From a virus: a DNA stretch of 64,000 nt. The notes under the pieces are model-generated. The model saw only the letters and a program-made list of their open reading frames with translations. It ran no database searches and had not been told where the DNA came from. Location: the IMG/VR virus record IMGVR_UViG_3300015360_000025; one strand, 5' to 3'. This document shows, piece after piece, positions 52,544 to 60,933 of this stretch; position 1 is the stretch's first letter, and the number at the start of each line of letters is the position of its first letter. The position numbers and the translations under genes are program-made.

Positions 52544-53641
52544 ATGGCCAACGATATCTGCTTAGTAATTCCGACGATCAGGGAAAATTCTTTTAACGAC
52601 TTCGTGAAGCGCTGGAGCGCGATTGGTCTGTTCGAGCATACTGACCTGCTCATCATGGAGGACAATCCGACCAAGACCTTCGACATCCAGAACAGCGTCA
52701 GCAACGGGATCCCCTGTACGTTGGGTCACTTTGCCTGGGACTCCATCGCCAAGAGCCTGGGAGATGAAGAGTGGATCATCCCCCGACGGTCAGACACGGT
52801 CCGCAGCTTCGGGTACCTCGAAGCATACCGTCGAGGGTACAAGTTCATTCTTACCCTGGATGACGATTGCTACCCGACGGGGGAGGAGGATGGTGTCACC
52901 TACACTGGCGCTGGATTCCTCGGCGATCACCTCAAGCAGATCACTAAGCGTTCCCGGTGGTTCAACACACTAAATTCAGTGAAGCCACGTGGAATTCCGT
53001 TCTACAACGTCGGAGTCCAGAAAGAAGTAATCGTGAACCATGGTCTCTGGACGAAGGTTCTTGACTACGACGCTCCTTTCCAACTCGCCAATCCGATTCC
53101 TGAGCAGTATTCGTTTGACAATCGCATCATTCCTTCAGGACTCTACTTCCCGATGTGCGGCATGAATGTCATGTGGAAGGCCGAAGCTACGGTCCTCATG
53201 TATCATCTCCTTATGGGGAGGCGGAAGGCGATGCTGGACAACGTCCCGGGAGCGGACGAGCATGACCTCGTGAAGCTGCCCTTCGATCGCTTCGGTGACA
53301 TCTGGTGTGGCATCCTGATGAAGAAGGTAGCCGATCACCTCGGGAAGTTGGTGTCCACTGGCATGCCATACATTAGGCACGAGCGCGCATCCAATCCATT
53401 CACCAATCTGAAGAAAGAAGCGAATGGGATCGAGGTCAACGAAGACCTGTGGCAGTTCATAGATGACATGGATCTCACGGGGACAGAGAAGGGAGTAAGC
53501 CCATATGTGTCTGCCTACACGAGGATCGGTCTCTATATGAAAGAGTTCACGTCTCTTTATCCAAAGTACAAGGAACATGAGGAGTACTTCAAGTTACTGA
53601 GTCTGGCGATGGTTACATGGGCAGATCTGTTTAAGGAGTGA
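52544..53641 (+). CDS. reversibly glycosylated polypeptide / UDP-arabinopyranose mutase-like (GT75)
   Basis: VIPTIR, RSFGY, TLDDDC, RG.PF, HGLW...DYDAP.QL, IP.G..FPMCGMN, LMG, RFGDIWCG...K..DHLG..V.TG.PY..H..ASNPF.NLKKE are colinear with plant RGP/UAM. Start ATG 52544. Confidence 0.88.
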   Translation: MANDICLVIPTIRENSFNDFVKRWSAIGLFEHTDLLIMEDNPTKTFDIQNSVSNGIPCTLGHFAWDSIAKSLGDEEWIIPRRSDTVRSFGYLEAYRRGYKFILTLDDDCYPTGEEDGVTYTGAGFLGDHLKQITKRSRWFNTLNSVKPRGIPFYNVGVQKEVIVNHGLWTKVLDYDAPFQLANPIPEQYSFDNRIIPSGLYFPMCGMNVMWKAEATVLMYHLLMGRRKAMLDNVPGADEHDLVKLPFDRFGDIWCGILMKKVADHLGKLVSTGMPYIRHERASNPFTNLKKEANGIEVNEDLWQFIDDMDLTGTEKGVSPYVSAYTRIGLYMKEFTSLYPKYKEHEEYFKLLSLAMVTWADLFKE

Positions 53642-54819
53642 TTGTGAACCACGTTTGTCAAATATGCGGACAAGCTTTTCGTAGGCCTGGATCACGACCT
53701 GTCGCAACATGCGGTAAATCATGTCGTGGCATTTCGCTTTCGAGAAAAATGAGCGGAAACGGAAATCCGATGTTCGATAAGGTAGGTTCAGATCATCCGA
53801 AATTTGGAAAGAGAGGAAATTCTCTGCCGTCTGGGTGGAAACATTCGAGTGAGACCAAGACAAAGCTTCGTGAGTCTTGGCTTAAACGTACGAAAAATGG
53901 GACCGTTCTCGGCAATTTGAAGTTCAAGATGGGAGAATACATATCTAAAAAAACTGGCCGCCGCGAAATATTCCATTCATCTTACGAGAAGACGAGGATG
54001 GAGTTTTTGGACATGTCACAAGATGTCATTGACTGGACGAAGCAACACGGCATCTCTATACCGTACGAATTTCGGGACGCAGAGCATCTATACATTCCTG
54101 ATTTCCTTGTAACGTGGATGGACGGCCAAAAGACATTAGAAGAAATAAAAGGCTTCGTCAAGGATCAGAAGCAGCTTTTCGCAAAGAATATGGCTGCTGT
54201 CTCATACGCAGAAGACAACGGCTTGATATTCCGTCTTCTCCAAAAAAGAGACCTTGTCTCTCCAAAGAAGCATCGTGTATTTTTTCTCGAAGGACCAGAC
54301 AATTGTGGGAAATCACATATTGGGCGCGGACTTTCGCAACATCTGACGATTCCTTATTTCAGGTTTTCGCGACAGCACGAGATGTGGACCAAGAACCAAT
54401 TTAAGACTGCACTAGAGTTTGATCAGCCTTTACTTGTTTCGTTCTTGGGACAGACGAAATCTGATGTAATTGTAGATCGCGGATATGCATCAGAATTTGT
54501 TTACTCAAAGGTCTTCGGGAGAGAGACAAATCGAAAAGTACTTGAATATGTAGACAAAAAATTTTCAGAATTGGGAGCCGTATTCCTCATCTTTCTACGT
54601 CGTGATTATTCGAAGAATGGCGGCGACGTCGTCGTCCCAGACGAGAAATTGTTGGAGCTCCACGAAGAATATCTGAAGTTTGTCGATTGGACGAGGTGCT
54701 CGTGTATCGTGATGTATGTCGATGATCTTGGTAATGACCTAAAGCTTCAAGTAGTTTCGTTGCAGTCAGCCATGGACATGGTCGATCTCTCTGTTGGAAA
54801 AAATATCATCTTCACATGA
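53638..54819 (+). CDS. fusion: Zn-finger/NUMOD3/TnsA-like endonuclease + dNMP (thymidylate-like) kinase
   Basis: C..C...C...C, KHS.ETK.KL, S.YE...Y.PDF.V....LEE.KG. From about 54271: LEGPDNCGKS P-loop and DRGY.SE.VY. Confidence 0.8.
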   Translation: MIVNHVCQICGQAFRRPGSRPVATCGKSCRGISLSRKMSGNGNPMFDKVGSDHPKFGKRGNSLPSGWKHSSETKTKLRESWLKRTKNGTVLGNLKFKMGEYISKKTGRREIFHSSYEKTRMEFLDMSQDVIDWTKQHGISIPYEFRDAEHLYIPDFLVTWMDGQKTLEEIKGFVKDQKQLFAKNMAAVSYAEDNGLIFRLLQKRDLVSPKKHRVFFLEGPDNCGKSHIGRGLSQHLTIPYFRFSRQHEMWTKNQFKTALEFDQPLLVSFLGQTKSDVIVDRGYASEFVYSKVFGRETNRKVLEYVDKKFSELGAVFLIFLRRDYSKNGGDVVVPDEKLLELHEEYLKFVDWTRCSCIVMYVDDLGNDLKLQVVSLQSAMDMVDLSVGKNIIFT

Positions 54820-55271
54820 AGAAAGAGAACGCCATCTACTTCCAGAGCAAGGGGTATCAAGAGTTTCGTTTCATGAGTAACTTTTACGCTGCACCGTTCA
54901 GCGTTGGACCAGCTTTGTATCCAACTGTCGAGCACTACTACCAAGCATCGAAGGCGACCAATATGGACGACTTCAGGCATGTCATGGCTGCCACGACACC
55001 AGGCGAAGCAATGAGACGTGGGCGATCAATCCAGACTCCGCTATCCTGGGAACACATGAAGATCGAAGTCATGACACGTGCATGTCGAATGAAATTCGAG
55101 CAGAATACTGACCTCAAAGAGATGTTGCTAGCTACGGAAGGATTCGAGCTGGTGGAGTACGCTCCCTGGGGCGATACATTTTGGGGAGTAGGGAAGGACT
55201 ACGTAGGACAGAACAACTTGGGAATCATCCTGATGCAAGTCAGGACCGAACTGAAAGAGAGGACAAAATGA
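54816..55271 (+). CDS. NADAR (YbiA-like) ADP-ribosylhydrolase
   Basis: F.SNFY, YPTVEHYYQA.K, W...K..VM......KF.QN..L...LL.T, D.FWG.G....G.N.LG..LM.VR. Confidence 0.92.
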   Translation: MKKENAIYFQSKGYQEFRFMSNFYAAPFSVGPALYPTVEHYYQASKATNMDDFRHVMAATTPGEAMRRGRSIQTPLSWEHMKIEVMTRACRMKFEQNTDLKEMLLATEGFELVEYAPWGDTFWGVGKDYVGQNNLGIILMQVRTELKERTK

Positions 55272-55672
55272 AGAAGATTCGAACCGTAGACGTGAGCACA
55301 CTGTTCAAGCTGGCGGAGGGATTCCTGAATAACAGGACCAAGACCCACCGTGTCACTGGTAACTTCGGCCTGTTCAGGGCCATGATTTCCTTGTTCCTAG
55401 GGAGGGTCGCCTTGTATTTGACGACTATTGCTTTCAGAATCCTTCCGAAAGAGCAACCTCTCAAGCTCCCGGATACCCTGGTCCGTCCAGCGCTCGTCGA
55501 GATGGCAACCGAAAAGCTGCCAGATCGCAAGGTCGACAACCTCGGGTCGTACGGACCAGCCATTTACGCTCCCGTCACCCCTGGACGGTATGCTGGGGTA
55601 CGAACAGAAGATGTGATTCAGACAGACATAGCCGAGATGAATAAGGGCTTCGGGACCACTGGTAAGAAATGA
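55268..55672 (+). CDS. hypothetical protein
   Basis: 134 aa from ATG 55268, overlapping both neighbours. Confidence 0.55.
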   Translation: MKKIRTVDVSTLFKLAEGFLNNRTKTHRVTGNFGLFRAMISLFLGRVALYLTTIAFRILPKEQPLKLPDTLVRPALVEMATEKLPDRKVDNLGSYGPAIYAPVTPGRYAGVRTEDVIQTDIAEMNKGFGTTGKK

Positions 55673-56778
55673 GGATCGGCTACTCCTACTGGGGATTTCT
55701 CGGTGACCGCAAGCTGGGTGCCGATGGGAAGGAGATCTCTGCTCCAGACGGGAACGCCACATACTCGTGGAGCTTGATCTGGGAGATGCAGAGGCGTGGT
55801 CACACGGTCCTGGCAATGCAAGAGGACCGTGACTACCAGGCATGGAAGATGTGGGGGACCTTGAACTTCGAAGCATTCTCCCAGATGAAGCGGACCGAGG
55901 CGTACACAAACCTCAAGCATACGTTCGGCTCATCGGAGATCCTACCTAAGTTGGACATCCTGCTCGTCGAGTGGAGGTTCCCGATCCCAGGTCGAAACTG
56001 CAGTGAGTCTGATGGGACGACGTACTCGTACAACGAGAACGAGCATCAGCCAGATTATCATCGCCAGATGCAGATGCTCCTTCACTACAAGACGAAGGGG
56101 ACTAAGATTATATTCTGGGATCTCGACCACAAGCTCACAGAGCACGATGAACGTCACTGGAATCCGGACGCCATCTTCGAAACATCCGTAACCCCTCTGA
56201 AGCTCTTCAAGGAGCGGACCAGGGTAGAACCACCCTTCATCATCTCTGATCTCATGCAGCATCCCACACTCCCTCCAGACCACAGTCGTAAGTTGGTTTA
56301 CATCGGTAGCCGATACGAGAGGGACGACGTTATTGATGAATGGATCAAACCTGCTTCACTGAGATACCCGGGAGAGATTGAGTTTCACGGGAAGTGGGAT
56401 GACGAGGCGAAGGCACGTTGGCCGCAGGTTAAGATGGAGAAGCGTTGCGCAGTCGTCGATTTCCGCCAGATCTATGGGACGGCCGGGGCGTGCCCACTGC
56501 TGGCGAAGAGGAGTTACCTCGAATCGGGATTCATCACGCCACGTCCTTGGGAGGCGTTGCTCTTTGGAACAATCCCCATTGGTCTGAGTTCGATGAAGGG
56601 AATCGAACAGTACGTGACATTCGTCGCTCAGGATTCGCTAGATATGATTGACCTAGCAGATACACTGATCGATAACGGTGTCGAGTACAGGGACGAAATG
56701 CGCCGAGCCAACGTAGAAAAGCTGGAGTTCATGGATGCTCGACACTTTGTGGACAAGGTTGAAAATGTCGCTGGTTGA
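55669..56778 (+). CDS. DNA glycosyltransferase, T4 beta-glucosyltransferase-like (GT-B)
   Basis: C-terminal LVYIGS...R, EFHG, GFITPRPWEA (compare BGT NFITLRVWET), then F......D....L.......R.EM. Confidence 0.7.
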   Translation: MRIGYSYWGFLGDRKLGADGKEISAPDGNATYSWSLIWEMQRRGHTVLAMQEDRDYQAWKMWGTLNFEAFSQMKRTEAYTNLKHTFGSSEILPKLDILLVEWRFPIPGRNCSESDGTTYSYNENEHQPDYHRQMQMLLHYKTKGTKIIFWDLDHKLTEHDERHWNPDAIFETSVTPLKLFKERTRVEPPFIISDLMQHPTLPPDHSRKLVYIGSRYERDDVIDEWIKPASLRYPGEIEFHGKWDDEAKARWPQVKMEKRCAVVDFRQIYGTAGACPLLAKRSYLESGFITPRPWEALLFGTIPIGLSSMKGIEQYVTFVAQDSLDMIDLADTLIDNGVEYRDEMRRANVEKLEFMDARHFVDKVENVAG

Positions 56779-56797
56779 CACTAAAAAGGAGTTGCAC

Positions 56798-57124
56798 GTG
56801 GCCAAGAGAATCGTGAAGTTCGCAGTGACCGACGGACGGAAGCCTTCCAGGACAGAGGAGGTCGGTAAGCCATTCGCCTTGAAGATTCCGATCGCTCTCA
56901 AACTGGCGGCGGGGCAGTCACGTCGGGTCAAGCTGGGATTGAGCTGCAACCTTCCCACCGTGATCGTGGGGAAGCAGGGAAGTCTCCTATTCAGCCCGGG
57001 CAAGGAGCTCGAGGTCGACATCGTCGGTGAGGGACCTGGACAAGAAGTCCTGAACATTGGTGAAGGAGAGGTCATCGCCAAGGCGTTCCCGATCGACAGT
57101 TCCGGTCTAGACTTCGCGGAGTGA
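56798..57124 (+). CDS. degenerate trimeric dUTPase-fold protein
   Basis: LAAGQSRRVKLGLSCNLP and ELEV.......EVLNI.EGEVIAK resemble the dUTPase scaffold, but the catalytic motifs are absent. GTG start with AAGGAG. Confidence 0.45.
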   Translation: MAKRIVKFAVTDGRKPSRTEEVGKPFALKIPIALKLAAGQSRRVKLGLSCNLPTVIVGKQGSLLFSPGKELEVDIVGEGPGQEVLNIGEGEVIAKAFPIDSSGLDFAE

Positions 57125-57330
57125 TAATGTTTGAACTCGTGGCAGCAGCTACCGCTTTCGCAGGTCTGTTAATCTTCGTCAGGCTCGTCGGTTCCGCGAG
57201 GAAGCGTCGCCGAGAACAGACGGACGATGAGGTAGACTTCGACGATTGGAAGAAAGGTTCTCCAAACGATCCGCTTCCACCCGGCGCCGTACCCGTCAAG
57301 CAAACAGGTATCAAAGATGAATCGTCCTAG
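57121..57330 (+). CDS. small N-anchored membrane protein
   Basis: Hydrophobic N-terminus followed by RKRRR. Confidence 0.55.
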   Translation: MIMFELVAAATAFAGLLIFVRLVGSARKRRREQTDDEVDFDDWKKGSPNDPLPPGAVPVKQTGIKDESS

Positions 57331-57760
57331 CTTCGACAATGTCTACATGAATCTCGCTCTCATGTTGGCGGCGAGGAGCACGTGTTCCCGCCTCCATGTG
57401 GGATGTGTCGTCGTATCAGGTGACAATCAACGTGTACTCGCGATCGGTTATAACGGATCGTACCGTGGTGGACCGAACGGTTGTGACTCGTCTGAACCTG
57501 GCAACTGCGGGTGTTTACACGCCGAGGACAACTCTCTAATAAAGATGAACTACAATGATCCCGCAGAGAAGAAACTTTACACAACGATCATGCCCTGCGT
57601 CTATTGCGCTAAACGGATCGTAAATGCCGGAGTCGGAGAAGTTATCTATCTCTATGCGTACAGGAAAACGGAAGGTCTCCAAGTCCTCGCGTCGGCGGGC
57701 GTCAAAGTCCGGCAGCTCGCGCCGGGGGACATACTGTTCGTCGAAGACCGGAAAGACTGA
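57317..57760 (+). CDS. dCMP deaminase
   Basis: RSTC.R..VG.V, GYNG, HAE.N, PC..CAK.I...G..EV.Y. Confidence 0.92.
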   Translation: MNRPSFDNVYMNLALMLAARSTCSRLHVGCVVVSGDNQRVLAIGYNGSYRGGPNGCDSSEPGNCGCLHAEDNSLIKMNYNDPAEKKLYTTIMPCVYCAKRIVNAGVGEVIYLYAYRKTEGLQVLASAGVKVRQLAPGDILFVEDRKD

Positions 57761-58064
57761 GAAGTACGACTCTTCCTATGAACTCCGGAGGTTCATAGCT
57801 CTAGATGCTTCTCCACTCGTGGAGACGTGGACAAAACAACACGGGCTGAAGATCAGGTACACCATGCTCGGAAGACGTCACAGGTATCATCCAGACATTC
57901 TTGTGATTTACCACGACGGTCGGAAATTTGTGGAAGAGATCAAAGGTAAAGTATGGGATCGATTGGCATTTGGCCTGAAGAACCTGGCCGCCATCTCCCA
58001 CTGCGCCATGTACGGGATGAAATACCGAGTGGTGTTCCGGGAACAACTCGAGTTGGTCGTATAG
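57654..58064 (+). CDS. TnsA-like free-standing endonuclease
   Basis: G.Y.S.KTG....Y.SSYE, I.Y......Y.PD.LV...DG....EEIKG. Overlaps the deaminase 3' end. Start ATG 57654 or 57624. Confidence 0.75.
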   Translation: MRTGKRKVSKSSRRRASKSGSSRRGTYCSSKTGKTEKYDSSYELRRFIALDASPLVETWTKQHGLKIRYTMLGRRHRYHPDILVIYHDGRKFVEEIKGKVWDRLAFGLKNLAAISHCAMYGMKYRVVFREQLELVV

Positions 58065-58083
58065 TTACATTTGGAGGCCGAAA

Positions 58084-58440
58084 ATGAAGAAGACGATCAC
58101 CAAGCAGGATGGCTCTGTCGAAGTCGTAGAAGGCACGGCGGAAGAGATAGCGGATTACGAGCGTAAGCTCAAGGGTCAGCCAGTTCTCGAGGCTCCCAAG
58201 CCCGGTCCTGGACTCCTAACCGACGACCTTCGCCGTCTCCTTCAGTACAGTCCGTTTGAATCAGGATACCGTATCGATCACGGACCGACCTGCCAGCTCA
58301 CCGTCGCCCAGCAGGGATGGTGGTCCATCAACCCTCCGATGTGCACCTGCGGATTGATCGCCTACCCCATCCATGGTGGTACCATTCGCTACACGACTGG
58401 GACTAACATCCCTGTCGCAGGTTTACCAGATCGGTCGTGA
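58084..58440 (+). CDS. hypothetical protein
   Basis: 118 aa, RBS GGAGG. Confidence 0.65.
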   Translation: MKKTITKQDGSVEVVEGTAEEIADYERKLKGQPVLEAPKPGPGLLTDDLRRLLQYSPFESGYRIDHGPTCQLTVAQQGWWSINPPMCTCGLIAYPIHGGTIRYTTGTNIPVAGLPDRS

Positions 58441-58610
58441 GACGCCCACCCATCCAAGTCCCTCCGGCGCATGTGATAGAGGAACTGGAGAAACACCGCC
58501 AACCGCTCTACGAACCAGTTCCTCTTCAGCTTCCACTTCCTTTACCTCCACCCTACGAACCTTCCGAACCGAAGAAGCATGGTGGCTCAGTCATCGTGAT
58601 ACAATTGTGA
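58437..58610 (+). CDS. small Pro-rich protein (57 aa)
   Basis: MRRPPIQVPPAHVIEELEKHRQPLYEPVPLQLPLPLPPP...GGSVIVIQL*, with GTGA overlaps at both ends. Confidence 0.5.
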   Translation: MRRPPIQVPPAHVIEELEKHRQPLYEPVPLQLPLPLPPPYEPSEPKKHGGSVIVIQL

Positions 58611-58897
58611 CAAGATCGAACGACCAGGCCATCACGTTCCGGATGCACATGAATGACAAGGCGCTTCTCATGAAGCTCCTGTCGGACGAGAAGCTCACGT
58701 ACCAGTCATTCGCGGACGCGTGTATGCAGGCTTACCTACGTGGTGACCCGTCCATCATCAAGGTGATCAAGGACTGGCGTACCCTGAACGAAATTCCCAA
58801 GGAGCTCCAGGATCGGTATACGCTTTCCCACAGAGAGCGTGCGAAGATCCTGGATGACATCGCTGCAGAGGACGCATTGGATCCGAATGCGAAGTAG
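58607..58897 (+). CDS. hypothetical protein, possible ribbon-helix-helix regulator
   Basis: AITFRM...DKALL..LL pattern. GTG start overlaps the previous stop. Confidence 0.5.
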   Translation: MTRSNDQAITFRMHMNDKALLMKLLSDEKLTYQSFADACMQAYLRGDPSIIKVIKDWRTLNEIPKELQDRYTLSHRERAKILDDIAAEDALDPNAK

Positions 58898-59468
58898 TCT
58901 TCTCTTCCTTCTTCTCATACTTTCATGTGCCCCCGGATTGGTGGGCTTCAAACACGACTCTTACGGCCGGCCCCAAGTCTTCAATGACTTCCCTGTCCTC
59001 TGGTCATTTGACTGCGAATTCCCTAAGAATATGAAAGAGGACGTCCGCGACGGATTCCGTTACTGGAACGATGAGACGGAGCGTCCGATATTCTTAGAGG
59101 CCGATGACTGCGGAGTCGTCGCGCTGATCAATTACAGCAAGCCAAGAGTATTCGTGACGTCTGTCATGGGTTTCAATCCCCGTAGTCCCAATCATATTGC
59201 GACCACTTCGACCGGAATCTTTGACAACGTTCCACGCACTGCAGTAGTGAGGTTCTACAAGCCGTGGCTTGAGCACGCTAGCCACGGAGGTAGAGCATCA
59301 GTGGCACGTCATGAGGTAGGACACGTCCTAGGATTCGAACATGCCGAGTCCATGTTTTGTCTGATGTACCATCAGATGGACATGAGATATTATAGTGGGA
59401 AACCAATGACGGCGTGCCAACCTGAGATCGACATGGCACGCCGTCACTACCCAAGGGAAGGTCAATAA
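58887..59468 (+). CDS. matrixin-like metalloprotease lipoprotein
   Basis: HEVGHVLGFEH metzincin motif plus CLM Met-turn. Signal MRSSLLFLLLILSC. Confidence 0.85.
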   Translation: MRSSLLFLLLILSCAPGLVGFKHDSYGRPQVFNDFPVLWSFDCEFPKNMKEDVRDGFRYWNDETERPIFLEADDCGVVALINYSKPRVFVTSVMGFNPRSPNHIATTSTGIFDNVPRTAVVRFYKPWLEHASHGGRASVARHEVGHVLGFEHAESMFCLMYHQMDMRYYSGKPMTACQPEIDMARRHYPREGQ

Positions 59469-59746
59469 TGGGATCGTTCACACGACAGTTTAGTAGGAGT
59501 CAGCTTCGCCAGGAGTTTAATGCTTTCACAAAGCAGTGGGCGAATGCCAAGATGTTTCAACAGCAGCGGACGACCGCCGGTGAAACCATCGATCACAAGG
59601 AGAAGCTGGGGCGGAAGCCAAGCTTTGGGATGTTCCTCAAGCGGATGAAGGCGATGGCTGCGATGGAGAAGATCCAGAAAGAGCTTAAGCTCGAAGAGAA
59701 GAAAGAGGAAGAGAAGAAGATCGACCTCGAATGGAAGGACGAGTAA
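59468..59746 (+). CDS. hypothetical protein
   Basis: 92 aa, overlapping the previous stop, charged C-terminus. Confidence 0.6.
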   Translation: MGSFTRQFSRSQLRQEFNAFTKQWANAKMFQQQRTTAGETIDHKEKLGRKPSFGMFLKRMKAMAAMEKIQKELKLEEKKEEEKKIDLEWKDE

Positions 59747-59898
59747 CTAACCAGGAGGCTTCCCAGAGTTGCCCATAGCACATCCGCGCTTCGCCGAAAT
59801 CGTATCAGGTCAGACAGTCATAAGAAAGCGAAGGAAGTCAAAGAAGGAAAAGCGTGCAATTCGGAAGCTCCTGAGAGCCCTCCAAGAGAAGGAACGTC

Positions 59899-60645
59899 AT
59901 GAAGATCTGCCACCTGAGCGATTGGCACGGAAATACCCGGAGACTGCCTACTGCCGACTTGTACGTCGTCACGGGGGACATGCTACCGAACTTTCCACTA
60001 CTCAAAATCCAGGTGGACAAGTGGCGCCGCGACGGGATAGTGACGTACGATCCGTACGGCCATCTTATCGGCAAACCACAACGGCAGCCAGTGGGAGTAT
60101 ACGCCGGTAGGCAGATCATCCCTGCCCGTGAAGAGACCTTCCAGAAGCAGTGGTGTGCCGGCAAGCCGTTCAGGCAGGAGACCGGTCTCTCCGAAGATTC
60201 TCACGTTCTGGTCGTCCGGGGCAACCATGACTTCATCGACCTGAGCGATTGGATCCAGGGAGACGTCTGGGAGATCAACCTCGATCCGACCCGGACGACA
60301 TCCCTTCTTGGTATGAAGTTCTGTGGGTGCCGGGGGATCAATTACATCGTGGGCGAGTGGAGTGACGAACTCCGCAAGGAACAGTTCGACCTTGTGGCGC
60401 GCCAGATCCCTGAAGACCTTGACGTGCTTCTGACACACGCCCCTCCATTAGGGATCAGGGACCTCGGTTCCCGTCACTATGGCTCTCCAGCTCTCTTCAG
60501 CTACTTCAACCGCCGAGCCTATGGCGGGGGTAAACAGTTGAAGGCCCACCTCTTTGGCCACGTCCATGAGATGCTTGGTCAGGAAAAGAGGGATGAGACA
60601 GTCTATTCGAACGCCGCCACTGGCGTACAGATTGTAGAAATCTAG
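59899..60645 (+). CDS. calcineurin-like metallophosphoesterase
   Basis: SDWHG, TGD, GNHD, THAPP, FGHVHE. Confidence 0.9.
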   Translation: MKICHLSDWHGNTRRLPTADLYVVTGDMLPNFPLLKIQVDKWRRDGIVTYDPYGHLIGKPQRQPVGVYAGRQIIPAREETFQKQWCAGKPFRQETGLSEDSHVLVVRGNHDFIDLSDWIQGDVWEINLDPTRTTSLLGMKFCGCRGINYIVGEWSDELRKEQFDLVARQIPEDLDVLLTHAPPLGIRDLGSRHYGSPALFSYFNRRAYGGGKQLKAHLFGHVHEMLGQEKRDETVYSNAATGVQIVEI

Positions 60646-60679
60646 CGCAAGGGAGGCATGTTGAACCCGGGGTGACGCT

Positions 60680-60895
60680 ATGACCAATCGAAGATGCCCG
60701 AGTTGTGAAAGTGGAACGCTTCGTCAGGTCGCAATTCCAGGCCGCACACTGAAGCACCGCAATCTCTTCGAGGTTCCGGTGCCGGCCGATTTTGAAATTC
60801 CGACGTGCGACGGCTGTGGAGCCGAGATTGTCAGCTACCAGTTGGCTGAAAGCTCGAAGAAAAGTTGGAAGAGCAGTGGCAGCTCGAACTCGTAA
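60680..60895 (+). CDS. YgiT/MqsA-type zinc-ribbon protein
   Basis: CPSC..G.L......................P.C..CG. Confidence 0.6.
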   Translation: MTNRRCPSCESGTLRQVAIPGRTLKHRNLFEVPVPADFEIPTCDGCGAEIVSYQLAESSKKSWKSSGSSNS

Positions 60896-60933
60896 TGTCA
60901 GCGATCGCTGACATTGCTTCACAAGGAGAAACA

